From an uncultured Candidatus Peribacteria bacterium (GTDB lineage: Bacteria; Patescibacteriota; Gracilibacteria; UBA1369): a stretch of 64,000 nucleotides of DNA. The stretch spans positions 127,797 through 191,796 of the forward strand of contig CAZNDB010000003.1 in assembly GCA_964571725.1 (NCBI GenBank). The letters run 5' to 3'. The position numbers and the translations under genes are program-made. The notes beneath the pieces were generated by a model. It saw only the letters and a list, made by a program, of their open reading frames with translations, made no database searches and was not told where the DNA came from. Within the stretch, counting starts at the first letter, position 1; each line of letters starts with the position of its first letter. Shown in pieces: positions 18,327 to 25,753 of this stretch.

Positions 18327-19319
18327 ATGTCGCTTTTTGGCCGGAGGAAAGCAAAAAGTCTCTTTACCAAGCCCCCCCGCCGGCAGGAAATAAAAAGCCG
18401 CCGCAGGGTCTTTGGCAAAGCCTCCATTTCCCAGACCTCCAATCCCTATGTCACTGCCAAAAATCTCCGCGCCCCCATCAAACTGCGCAAAAAAATCCGC
18501 CGCACCTCCAAGGCCAATATTGCGCTCCCGCCCAACCGCCTGACCCATCAAAAATCCTCAAAACTCAGAAAAATACTGATTATTCTGCTGATTATATTTA
18601 CCCTGGGAGGACTGACCTATTTCACGTTTTTTACCGACTATTTCCAGATTGAGGGGTTTCAGATCTATGAAGAAGGAACCGAAATCACCACCAATTTGAA
18701 ATTAAACGAAATCGCCACCGCCATACTGTCCAACCAGAATATCCTGCTTTTCGACGAAAATATTCTGTCTGCGGAAATGCTCAAGGAAAACCCCGAATAC
18801 AGAAGCGTCAAAATCAAAAAGATCCTGCCCAAAAACATCGAAATTGAACTGGAAAAATTTCCGGTCACGGCCAACATCATCGATATTATCGACGGCGTCG
18901 ACGGCATCAAAGTCCAGAAAAAATATCTGGTCAACAGCAACGGCATGATTATCATGGAAAACGAGGAAAACCCCGATCTGCCCTATATCCGCGTAAGTAC
19001 CAAACAGGCCCTGGGCATCAACGCCTTTCCCCTGGATCAGGAAAAACTGGATTACATTATCAAACTGGTCAATCTCTTTGAGGAAAAATTCGGCATCAAG
19101 GTTGTGGAAGCCGTCTATCTGAAACAGGCCCGGGAAATCCACCTGAAAACCGAAAAAGGTTTTGACGTTTGGTTTGATTCTACCAAGACCATCATTTCAC
19201 AAATTGACAAGCTAAAAAGAGCACTGCCCAAACTGGATATTTACAAGACTCCCCTGGAATATATAGACTTGAGAATAACGGGTACCAATGCTGAAAAAGT
19301 ACTGTACAAACGTCGCTAA
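18327..19319 (+). CDS. ftsQ: cell division protein FtsQ/DivIB-like (POTRA)
   Basis: 330 aa. Basic N-terminus, a single TM (ILIILLIIFTLGGLTYFTFF), then YFQIEGFQIYEEGTE (POTRA start) and an FtsQ-type C-terminal domain. A DUF1290 gene follows, as in Firmicutes. Confidence 0.65.
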   Translation: MSLFGRRKAKSLFTKPPRRQEIKSRRRVFGKASISQTSNPYVTAKNLRAPIKLRKKIRRTSKANIALPPNRLTHQKSSKLRKILIILLIIFTLGGLTYFTFFTDYFQIEGFQIYEEGTEITTNLKLNEIATAILSNQNILLFDENILSAEMLKENPEYRSVKIKKILPKNIEIELEKFPVTANIIDIIDGVDGIKVQKKYLVNSNGMIIMENEENPDLPYIRVSTKQALGINAFPLDQEKLDYIIKLVNLFEEKFGIKVVEAVYLKQAREIHLKTEKGFDVWFDSTKTIISQIDKLKRALPKLDIYKTPLEYIDLRITGTNAEKVLYKRR

Positions 19320-19349
19320 ACCAAAGCAATTACCGCATAAAATCTCACT

Positions 19350-19709
19350 ATGACCTGGGCATTTCTCGGCATCTTGATCGGAGTAATCATCGGACTGGCA
19401 CTCAATTTTTCCATTCCGATCGAGCTCACCAAATATTCCGCGGTTATCATTATGGGTATTCTGGATGCCCTTTTCGGCGCTATCCGGGCCGAGGCTACCA
19501 ATGACCGCTTTGACGGAATCATTTTTATGACCGGTCTGGGGTTTAATATTGTTCTGTCCGTTCTGATAACCATTTTGGGCGATAAACTGGGCCTGGACCT
19601 CTATCTGGCTGCCGCTTTTGTCTTCACTTTCCGCATTTTTACCAATGTCGGAGCCACCCGCCGCTATCTGTTGGACCGTCTTCTGGCCAAGACCAAAAAG
19701 AACGCCTGA
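19350..19709 (+). CDS. small basic membrane protein (DUF1290 / Sbp-like)
   Basis: 119 aa. GILDALFGAIRA...FNIVLSVLITILGDKLGLDLYLAAAFVF matches DUF1290. Confidence 0.65.
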   Translation: MTWAFLGILIGVIIGLALNFSIPIELTKYSAVIIMGILDALFGAIRAEATNDRFDGIIFMTGLGFNIVLSVLITILGDKLGLDLYLAAAFVFTFRIFTNVGATRRYLLDRLLAKTKKNA

Positions 19710-19748
19710 AAAAGGGCTTGGCAAAATTGGAAGTTTTGGCTTTTCTAA

Positions 19749-19777
19749 TTGTTCGGAAGCCGTTTTTTTGCTATAAT
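19749..19777 (+). promoter_or_regulatory. extended -10 promoter (TTGTTC-17-TGcTATAAT) for the 188-aa/pilT/pilin operon
   Basis: Hexamers and spacing read directly; ATG at 19813. Confidence 0.55.
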
Positions 19778-19812
19778 TAAGTGAACAAAAAATAAAACTA
19801 AAACAAAAAAAC

Positions 19813-20379
19813 ATGTCCAAGTCTTCGAAAATTGCTTTAATCAGGGAAATTTTAGACAGTGCTGAGGCCTCGCTGCGCTCGGCCAAACAAATGCTGGCTG
19901 AAATGGCCGGGGAATCAGGTCAGAATCAGCTTGCCAAAATGGCCGAGAAAGTCGGCAGCCACAAACAGGTTGGCGAACAGCATATTATCGAGGGATCGTT
20001 TGACGGTCAAAATATGATCGGACCCGATGCCCGCGTTTATTCCGTTCCGGCCAATTATGCCTCCAAATCCAAGCTGGTCCCCGGAGACGTTTTAAAACTG
20101 ACTATTACCGAGGACGGAACCTTTCTGTACAAACAGATCGGCCCTATCGAAAGAAAAAAGCTGGTTGGAACGCTTACCTATGATGATGGCGTTTACCGCG
20201 TCATTGCCGGAGGGAAGTCCTACAAAGTATTGCTGGCTTCCGTAACCTATTTCAAAGCAGAGATCGGCGACCGGATCACTATAGTGGTTCCGGAAAGCAG
20301 CGACAGCGACTGGGCTGCTATTGAGAACGTTCTCCCCCGCTTCGAGGAAGGCATCAGTCCTGACGATTTCAAAATTTAA
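19813..20379 (+). CDS. hypothetical protein (188 aa), first gene of the pilT operon
   Basis: ORF with an N-terminal helix and a C-terminal half that looks beta-rich. No motif recognised. 42 nt upstream of pilT. Confidence 0.55.
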   Translation: MSKSSKIALIREILDSAEASLRSAKQMLAEMAGESGQNQLAKMAEKVGSHKQVGEQHIIEGSFDGQNMIGPDARVYSVPANYASKSKLVPGDVLKLTITEDGTFLYKQIGPIERKKLVGTLTYDDGVYRVIAGGKSYKVLLASVTYFKAEIGDRITIVVPESSDSDWAAIENVLPRFEEGISPDDFKI

Positions 20380-20421
20380 AAAATCCCCCGCCGGAAAACC
20401 GGCCAAAATAAAAATAAAATT

Positions 20422-21480
20422 ATGGCTCAATTAGACAAAATCTTCAAAACCGCTGTTCAGTACAAAGCTTCCGATGTCTATATCACCACAGGTACCAAGC
20501 CCATTCTGCGCATCAACGGTAATCTGATCTCCATCGAAGAACATCCGGTGCTGTCCAAAAAAATGGCTGAGGACTACCTTTCCGAAATTCTAAGCGACAA
20601 ACAAAAGGAAGAATTTTCCCGCACTCTCGATCTCGACTTCTCTCTGGAAGTACCCGGAGTTTCACGCTTCAGAGTAAATATGTTCGTCCAAAGAAAGGGA
20701 ATCGGAGCCTGTTTCCGCGTCATTCCGGAAAACGTCCACACCCTGGAAGAATTGGGACTCCCGGATAAATTAAAGGAAATTGCCGTCACCGACCTGGGTC
20801 TGGTCATCGTAACCGGTGCCACCGGTTCAGGTAAATCCACCACCCTGGCCGCCATGTTAAATGAGGTCAACTCCAAAGACGCGCGCCATATCATCACCAT
20901 TGAAGACCCCATTGAATACGTCCATGAAAACGTTAAATCCGTCATCGATCAACGTGAAGTCGGCACCCACACCCTGAGCTTTCAGAAAGCCCTGCGTTCC
21001 GCCCTGCGTGAAGATCCGGATGTAATTCTGGTTGGTGAAATGCGTGATCTGGAAACCATTGCACTGGCTCTTACCGCCGCTGAAACCGGTCACTTGGTGT
21101 TCGCCACTCTGCATACCAACGGAGCCGCCGCTTCCATCGACCGTATCATCGACGCCTTCCCGACCAATCAGCAAAATCAGATCAGAATGCAGCTGGCCGG
21201 TTCCCTGAAAGCCGTAGTCTGGCAGACACTGCTCAAAACCAAAGACGGCAACGGCCGCGTGGCCGGTCTGGAAATCATGATCAACAACAATGCCGTAGCC
21301 AACATGATCCGTAAAAACAAGACCCATCAGCTGAACTCCGCCATCGAAACCGGTTTCAAAGAAGGTATGCAAACCATGAAGAAGTCCATTACCGAGTTAT
21401 TGGAAGCCGGAATTATCAGCGAAGAAGTCGCCCTGGAAAATATTCCCGAAGACATTATCGATAACAATGCCAACGCTTAA
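20422..21480 (+). CDS. pilT: type IV pilus retraction ATPase PilT
   Basis: 352 aa. Walker A GATGSGKSTT, IITIEDPIEY (Asp box), ILVGEMRD (Walker B), GHLVFATLHT (His box), and AVANMIRKNKTHQL in the position of the PilT AIRNLIRE motif. Confidence 0.92.
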   Translation: MAQLDKIFKTAVQYKASDVYITTGTKPILRINGNLISIEEHPVLSKKMAEDYLSEILSDKQKEEFSRTLDLDFSLEVPGVSRFRVNMFVQRKGIGACFRVIPENVHTLEELGLPDKLKEIAVTDLGLVIVTGATGSGKSTTLAAMLNEVNSKDARHIITIEDPIEYVHENVKSVIDQREVGTHTLSFQKALRSALREDPDVILVGEMRDLETIALALTAAETGHLVFATLHTNGAAASIDRIIDAFPTNQQNQIRMQLAGSLKAVVWQTLLKTKDGNGRVAGLEIMINNNAVANMIRKNKTHQLNSAIETGFKEGMQTMKKSITELLEAGIISEEVALENIPEDIIDNNANA

Positions 21481-21937
21481 CATCACAAAATCCGCCGCTC
21501 TGATTTTGAAAACCCTGCTGGTCGGACTGTTGTTGTCGTTGAATATTGGACAAACCGCCTGGGCGCAGCTGGACCGAAGTCAATATAGCCAGATGAATGT
21601 CGGCCAGGTACTTTCCCTCAAAGAAAACACCGAGGGACAAACCGGGGCTGGCGTTACGCAAGGCAGCCAGGATCAGAGTTATCTGAAAAGCAGCAACCCC
21701 ACCGCCTCTTTCATCCTGCAGGCCATTAACATGGTCGCCCTGATGTCAGCCTCTTTAAGCTTTCTGGCCATAGTCGTCGCCGGTTTTATGATGATGACCT
21801 CTACTGGCAACGAAACACAAAGAAACCGGGGCATCGAAATATTAACAAAGGCCATAGTCGGGCTGGTAATTACTTTGAGCGCCTATTTCATCGTAGCTTT
21901 CGTCCAGAATTTACTTTTTGAAACCGCCGGAAAATAA
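21467..21937 (+). CDS. TrbC/VirB2-like pilin family protein, paralog 1 (putative)
   Basis: 156 aa. Signal peptide (…TAWA|Q), variable ectodomain, then a TM-loop-TM hairpin LSFLAIVVAGFMMMTSTGNETQRNRGIEILTKAIVGLVITLSAYFIV. The start overlaps the pilT stop by 14 nt. Confidence 0.65.
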   Translation: MPTLNITKSAALILKTLLVGLLLSLNIGQTAWAQLDRSQYSQMNVGQVLSLKENTEGQTGAGVTQGSQDQSYLKSSNPTASFILQAINMVALMSASLSFLAIVVAGFMMMTSTGNETQRNRGIEILTKAIVGLVITLSAYFIVAFVQNLLFETAGK

Positions 21938-22618
21938 ATGAAAAAATTTGTCACAAAAATCTTGTTACTCACTCTTGCCAGTATCATTACGATTTCAATC
22001 TCGCAAGTTTCATTTGCCTTAACGCAATTTCAGGTCTGCACTTTTGTAAACAACCAAAACAAATCCGTTGACGAAAAAGTACCGGTAGACGATAGAGAAT
22101 TTTCAGACAAAATGGTTGTGATTACCGAAGAAAGACTGGGTGCCCCCGACAACAAAAACACCTTCAACTGCTACCGGAAAATTGAATGTACCATTAAACC
22201 TTCAGACCCCGCTAAAGCAGGCGAGAATCTGATCCGCAAATGCTCTACAACCTTCACAACTTCTTCCCCTTCCGGATGTTCAAACAGCAAAGAAATTGCT
22301 GAAGTATTGGCAAAAACACCGGCCGAAAACGACACCTACACCATCTGCGAACCCATTATGGTCTATGTCTCCGGAGCCGGCACGGAATTACTGTACTACT
22401 ACATGGGACAAATCTATAAGTACATAGCCACACTGGGCGGCCTGATTGCCGTACTTGCTCTGATCATCGCGGGAATCATGCGTTCAACCGCCGGCGACAA
22501 CACCACCCAGATCACCGAAGCCAACAAAATCATTACCAAATCCATAACCGGACTGGTGGTGCTGTTCTTATCGGCCATCATTCTTTACACCATCAATCCG
22601 AACTTCTTTGTAATTTAG
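21938..22618 (+). CDS. TrbC/VirB2-like pilin family protein, paralog 2 (Cys-rich ectodomain)
   Basis: 226 aa. Signal peptide (…VSFA|L), ectodomain of about 120 aa with 6 Cys, and hairpin LIAVLALIIAGIMRSTAGDNTTQITEANKIITKSITGLVVLFLSAII. Starts at the base after the paralog 1 stop. Confidence 0.6.
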   Translation: MKKFVTKILLLTLASIITISISQVSFALTQFQVCTFVNNQNKSVDEKVPVDDREFSDKMVVITEERLGAPDNKNTFNCYRKIECTIKPSDPAKAGENLIRKCSTTFTTSSPSGCSNSKEIAEVLAKTPAENDTYTICEPIMVYVSGAGTELLYYYMGQIYKYIATLGGLIAVLALIIAGIMRSTAGDNTTQITEANKIITKSITGLVVLFLSAIILYTINPNFFVI

Positions 22619-22621
22619 CCA

Positions 22622-23044
22622 ATGAAAAAACTTGCCCCGAAAATCAGCTGTAAATATGCCAGACTGTTCCTGCTCGGACTATATCTGCTGATTTCTTTTG
22701 CCAGTGTCTCGCTGGCCCAGGGCACCATCACCCAACCGCCCATTATCCCGAGCGGTGGTACCAGCACCGAAAAACTTTATATACCTCACAACACCTCCCA
22801 GGAATCCAACAAAACCTATATGGAACAACGGCTTCTGCCGGGCATAGCCAGTTCAATTATCGGTATTACTGGAGCCCTGGCCCTGCTATTCACTATTATC
22901 AGCGGCATACAGCTTTTAACCGCTTACGGCAACACCGACGCCGCGGGAAAGGCCCAGAAAACGCTGACCTGGTCGCTGATCGGTTTATTGGTCGCTGGCC
23001 TTTCCTATGCCATCGTCAGAATTATTGCCTCAATAACGGTATAA
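22622..23044 (+). CDS. TrbC/VirB2-like pilin family protein, paralog 3
   Basis: 140 aa. Signal peptide (…VSLA|Q). Hairpin ALALLFTIISGIQLLTAYGNTDAAGKAQKTLTWSLIGLLVAGLSYAIV. Confidence 0.65.
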   Translation: MKKLAPKISCKYARLFLLGLYLLISFASVSLAQGTITQPPIIPSGGTSTEKLYIPHNTSQESNKTYMEQRLLPGIASSIIGITGALALLFTIISGIQLLTAYGNTDAAGKAQKTLTWSLIGLLVAGLSYAIVRIIASITV

Positions 23045-23045
23045 A

Positions 23046-23636
23046 ATGATTGGAACAAAAATCACAATCAGAAAAATCCTGGCTACCATTGCGCTTTTAT
23101 GGTTGATTGTTCCTGCTGTTTGTCTGGCTGATCCCACGGATCCGGCCGTCCCCGCCGGTTCAAGCGGAACAACGGGCAGCCAGGCCCCCGCCTCCCAGGA
23201 CGCCGGCGTATCCGCAGACGAATTGTTTCAACGCTTCACCTACACTACCGAAACAACCGGCACCAAACTGGACGCGGTCAACAATCTGCCTCAAAAAGAC
23301 TGGAAAGCTTCACTGACAAGCATAATCAAAATTCTGCTCAATATCAGCGGCGCACTGACACTGCTCTCCTTTACGGTGGGCGGAGTAATGATGATCGTTT
23401 CACAGGGCAACGGAGATCTGCTGGAGAAAGGAAAACGCATCACCTATTATTCAGTGGCTGGACTGGTTATCATTGCCGTATCCTATGCCGTGGTAATCGG
23501 CGTATCCGAACTGCAGATTTTCACGCCGGGAGCAGGAGGAGGAGGGCAACAGAGCGGTAGTTCAGCGCCGGCGGCGCCAGCGGCACCGGCTAACGGAGGT
23601 GGCACCGTACCAAGTCAGGCACCCTCCAAATTATAA
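23046..23636 (+). CDS. TrbC/VirB2-like pilin family protein, paralog 4 (with G/S/A/P tail ending VPSQAPSKL)
   Basis: 196 aa. Signal peptide (…VCLA|D). Hairpin ALTLLSFTVGGVMMIVSQGNGDLLEKGKRITYYSVAGLVIIAVSYAVV, then a low-complexity tail. Confidence 0.65.
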   Translation: MIGTKITIRKILATIALLWLIVPAVCLADPTDPAVPAGSSGTTGSQAPASQDAGVSADELFQRFTYTTETTGTKLDAVNNLPQKDWKASLTSIIKILLNISGALTLLSFTVGGVMMIVSQGNGDLLEKGKRITYYSVAGLVIIAVSYAVVIGVSELQIFTPGAGGGGQQSGSSAPAAPAAPANGGGTVPSQAPSKL

Positions 23637-23642
23637 ACAAAA

Positions 23643-24167
23643 ATGACTAAAAAAATCCCAAAATTAATCCTGGCAATATTGGCCCTCACTATCTGGACAG
23701 CCGGACTTGGCACCGCTATGGCCATACCTTTAGACAATCAGGATCTGATGACCCGGGTTGTTCTTGATCCCAATCTAAAACCGGATAATTCACCGGGAGT
23801 AATTATCGGAACGGAAACTCTCGCCAAATCAGGCGCGGAGGCGGCCTTTGGAAATTATGTATTACAAATTATCGCCGGTGGACTGATCACAGTTGCTGCC
23901 CCGGTTGCCATAATCATTATTGCAATTTCCGGTTTGATAGCAGTTGTTTCACATGGTGAACAGGCACTCATCGATAAAGCCAAGAAAACTTTAACCTGGG
24001 CCATCATAGGACTGATAGTAATTATATTTTCCTGGGTCATCGTGAAAGCTGTAATAAGTGTAGTGATCAGTGCCAACAGTAATCCGACCACCCAAACCGG
24101 TACACCTCCGTCAACTCAGGGAGCGGGTACTGGAAACGTGCCAAGTCAGGCCCCCTCTAATTTATAA
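23643..24167 (+). CDS. TrbC/VirB2-like pilin family protein, paralog 5 (tail ending VPSQAPSNL)
   Basis: 174 aa. Signal peptide (…TAMA|I). Hairpin VAIIIIAISGLIAVVSHGEQALIDKAKKTLTWAIIGLIVIIFSWVIV, then a T/P/G/S tail. Its stop overlaps the convergent metG stop region by 11 nt. Confidence 0.65.
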   Translation: MTKKIPKLILAILALTIWTAGLGTAMAIPLDNQDLMTRVVLDPNLKPDNSPGVIIGTETLAKSGAEAAFGNYVLQIIAGGLITVAAPVAIIIIAISGLIAVVSHGEQALIDKAKKTLTWAIIGLIVIIFSWVIVKAVISVVISANSNPTTQTGTPPSTQGAGTGNVPSQAPSNL

Positions 24168-25677
24168 CATTATTTAAATTCAATTTCGGAAACAGCACTC
24201 CGGCTTCGCCCAGTGAAGTGCCACTTTTCAGTAACCCGAAATCCTTTTTACCTATCCAGGAAAATCCGGCAACGGCAAACTCTGCATCATAGAGTTTCAG
24301 AATTTTTTCCGCAGAATCCGGAATAAAGGGCAGTAACATCAAGGCCAGTTGCCGTATTAATTCCAATAAATTGTACATAACGCCGGGAAGCCGGTCAGAA
24401 CTTTCTTTAGCCAAACCCCAGGGTTTGCTGTCCTCCACATATTTGTTGGCCGCGAAACCCAAATCCAAAATCACCTCTGCCGCCTTTTTGAGATCATATT
24501 CGGAAAAATGCTTTTCCAGATTCACCCAGGCCTGCCCCACCTTCACTTCAAATCCTTCATCAGCACCTTTTCCCGGGACTTTCCCGTCAAAATATTTCTT
24601 ATTCATGGCAAAAACCCGGCTGACCAGATTACCAAAGGTGTTGGCCAATTCATCGTTATAAACGATATCAAAGCGCTCCTGACTAAAATCCCCGTCATTC
24701 AAAGTCGGAATTTCTCTGAGCAAAAAATACCGCAAAGCGTCTCTGCCGTTCTTCTCCAGATATTCAAAAGGGTCCTTCACGTTGCCCAAAGACTTGCTCA
24801 TCTTCTGGCCCTCGGAAGTTATAAAACCGTGAACCATAATGGACTTGGGCAATTCAAACCCGGCCGACAACAGCATTCCCAGCCAAATCACGGCATGAAA
24901 ACGCAAAATATCTTTACCGATCACATGCACGTCCGCCGGCCAAAATTTATCCCGGTCAATTACCGAAATATAATTGGTCAGGGCATCGCACCACACATAC
25001 ATCAGCTGCGTATCGTCACCGGGAATCTCAATTCCCCATTTCACCGAATCCCGCGGACGGGAAAAACTGATATCCGTCACGCCCTCCTCAAAGAAACTCA
25101 ACACTTCATTTTTACGTGATTCCGGAACAACCTTAACTTCATCCGAAGCTATCTTGGCTTTGATTTGATCGGCATATTTGGACAGACGAAAAAAATAATT
25201 TTCCTCCGCCACTTTAATCGGCGGCTTTTTATGAATCGGACAATTGCCGTCCACCAGCTCTTTTTCCAGAATGTATTTTTCACAGCCCACACAATAAAGA
25301 CCGGTATAATTGGATTTATATAAATCCCCCGCCGCGTCCAGTTTCTTCCACATCTCCTGTACAAAAGCCACGTGTTTCTCATCCGTTGTACGAACAAAAT
25401 GATCATTGCTTACACCCATCTTTTCCGCCAGATCCTGAAACAGGGCAGACACTTCATTGGCCAGTTCCTGCGGCCAGACTCCCCTTTGCTCGGCCACCTG
25501 GGCGATTTTCAAGCCGTGCTCGTCCGTACCGGTCATAAAAAACACGTCTCTGCCCTCCAAACGGTTATAGCGGGCCAGTGCATCAGCTTGCAACAACTCC
25601 ATGGCGTAACCCACATGGGGACCGGCGTTCACATAAGCAATCGAAGTGGTAACATAAAATTTATTGGCTTTGGACAT
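24157..25677 (-). CDS. metG: methionine--tRNA ligase
   Basis: 506 aa. YVNAGPHVGYAMELLQADALARY (HIGH-type region), CVGCEKY...CPIHKK zinc knuckle, KMSKSLGN. Confidence 0.95.
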   Translation of the reverse strand: MSKANKFYVTTSIAYVNAGPHVGYAMELLQADALARYNRLEGRDVFFMTGTDEHGLKIAQVAEQRGVWPQELANEVSALFQDLAEKMGVSNDHFVRTTDEKHVAFVQEMWKKLDAAGDLYKSNYTGLYCVGCEKYILEKELVDGNCPIHKKPPIKVAEENYFFRLSKYADQIKAKIASDEVKVVPESRKNEVLSFFEEGVTDISFSRPRDSVKWGIEIPGDDTQLMYVWCDALTNYISVIDRDKFWPADVHVIGKDILRFHAVIWLGMLLSAGFELPKSIMVHGFITSEGQKMSKSLGNVKDPFEYLEKNGRDALRYFLLREIPTLNDGDFSQERFDIVYNDELANTFGNLVSRVFAMNKKYFDGKVPGKGADEGFEVKVGQAWVNLEKHFSEYDLKKAAEVILDLGFAANKYVEDSKPWGLAKESSDRLPGVMYNLLELIRQLALMLLPFIPDSAEKILKLYDAEFAVAGFSWIGKKDFGLLKSGTSLGEAGVLFPKLNLNNVIN

Positions 25678-25694
25678 TTCTTGGATCAGAAAAT

Positions 25695-25714
25695 GGGGTA
25701 AAAATCTTTACCCC
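25695..25714 (-). terminator. stem-loop after the 1372-aa gene (GGGGTAAA-4 nt-TTTACCCC), weak T tract
   Basis: Perfect 8-bp stem and 4-nt loop, 40 nt past the stop of the giant gene and only about 17 nt upstream of the metG ATG. It could be a terminator, an attenuator or part of the metG leader. Confidence 0.4.
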
Positions 25715-25753
25715 TGAAATCTACTAAACAAACTGTTTTAAATCAAATCCAAG

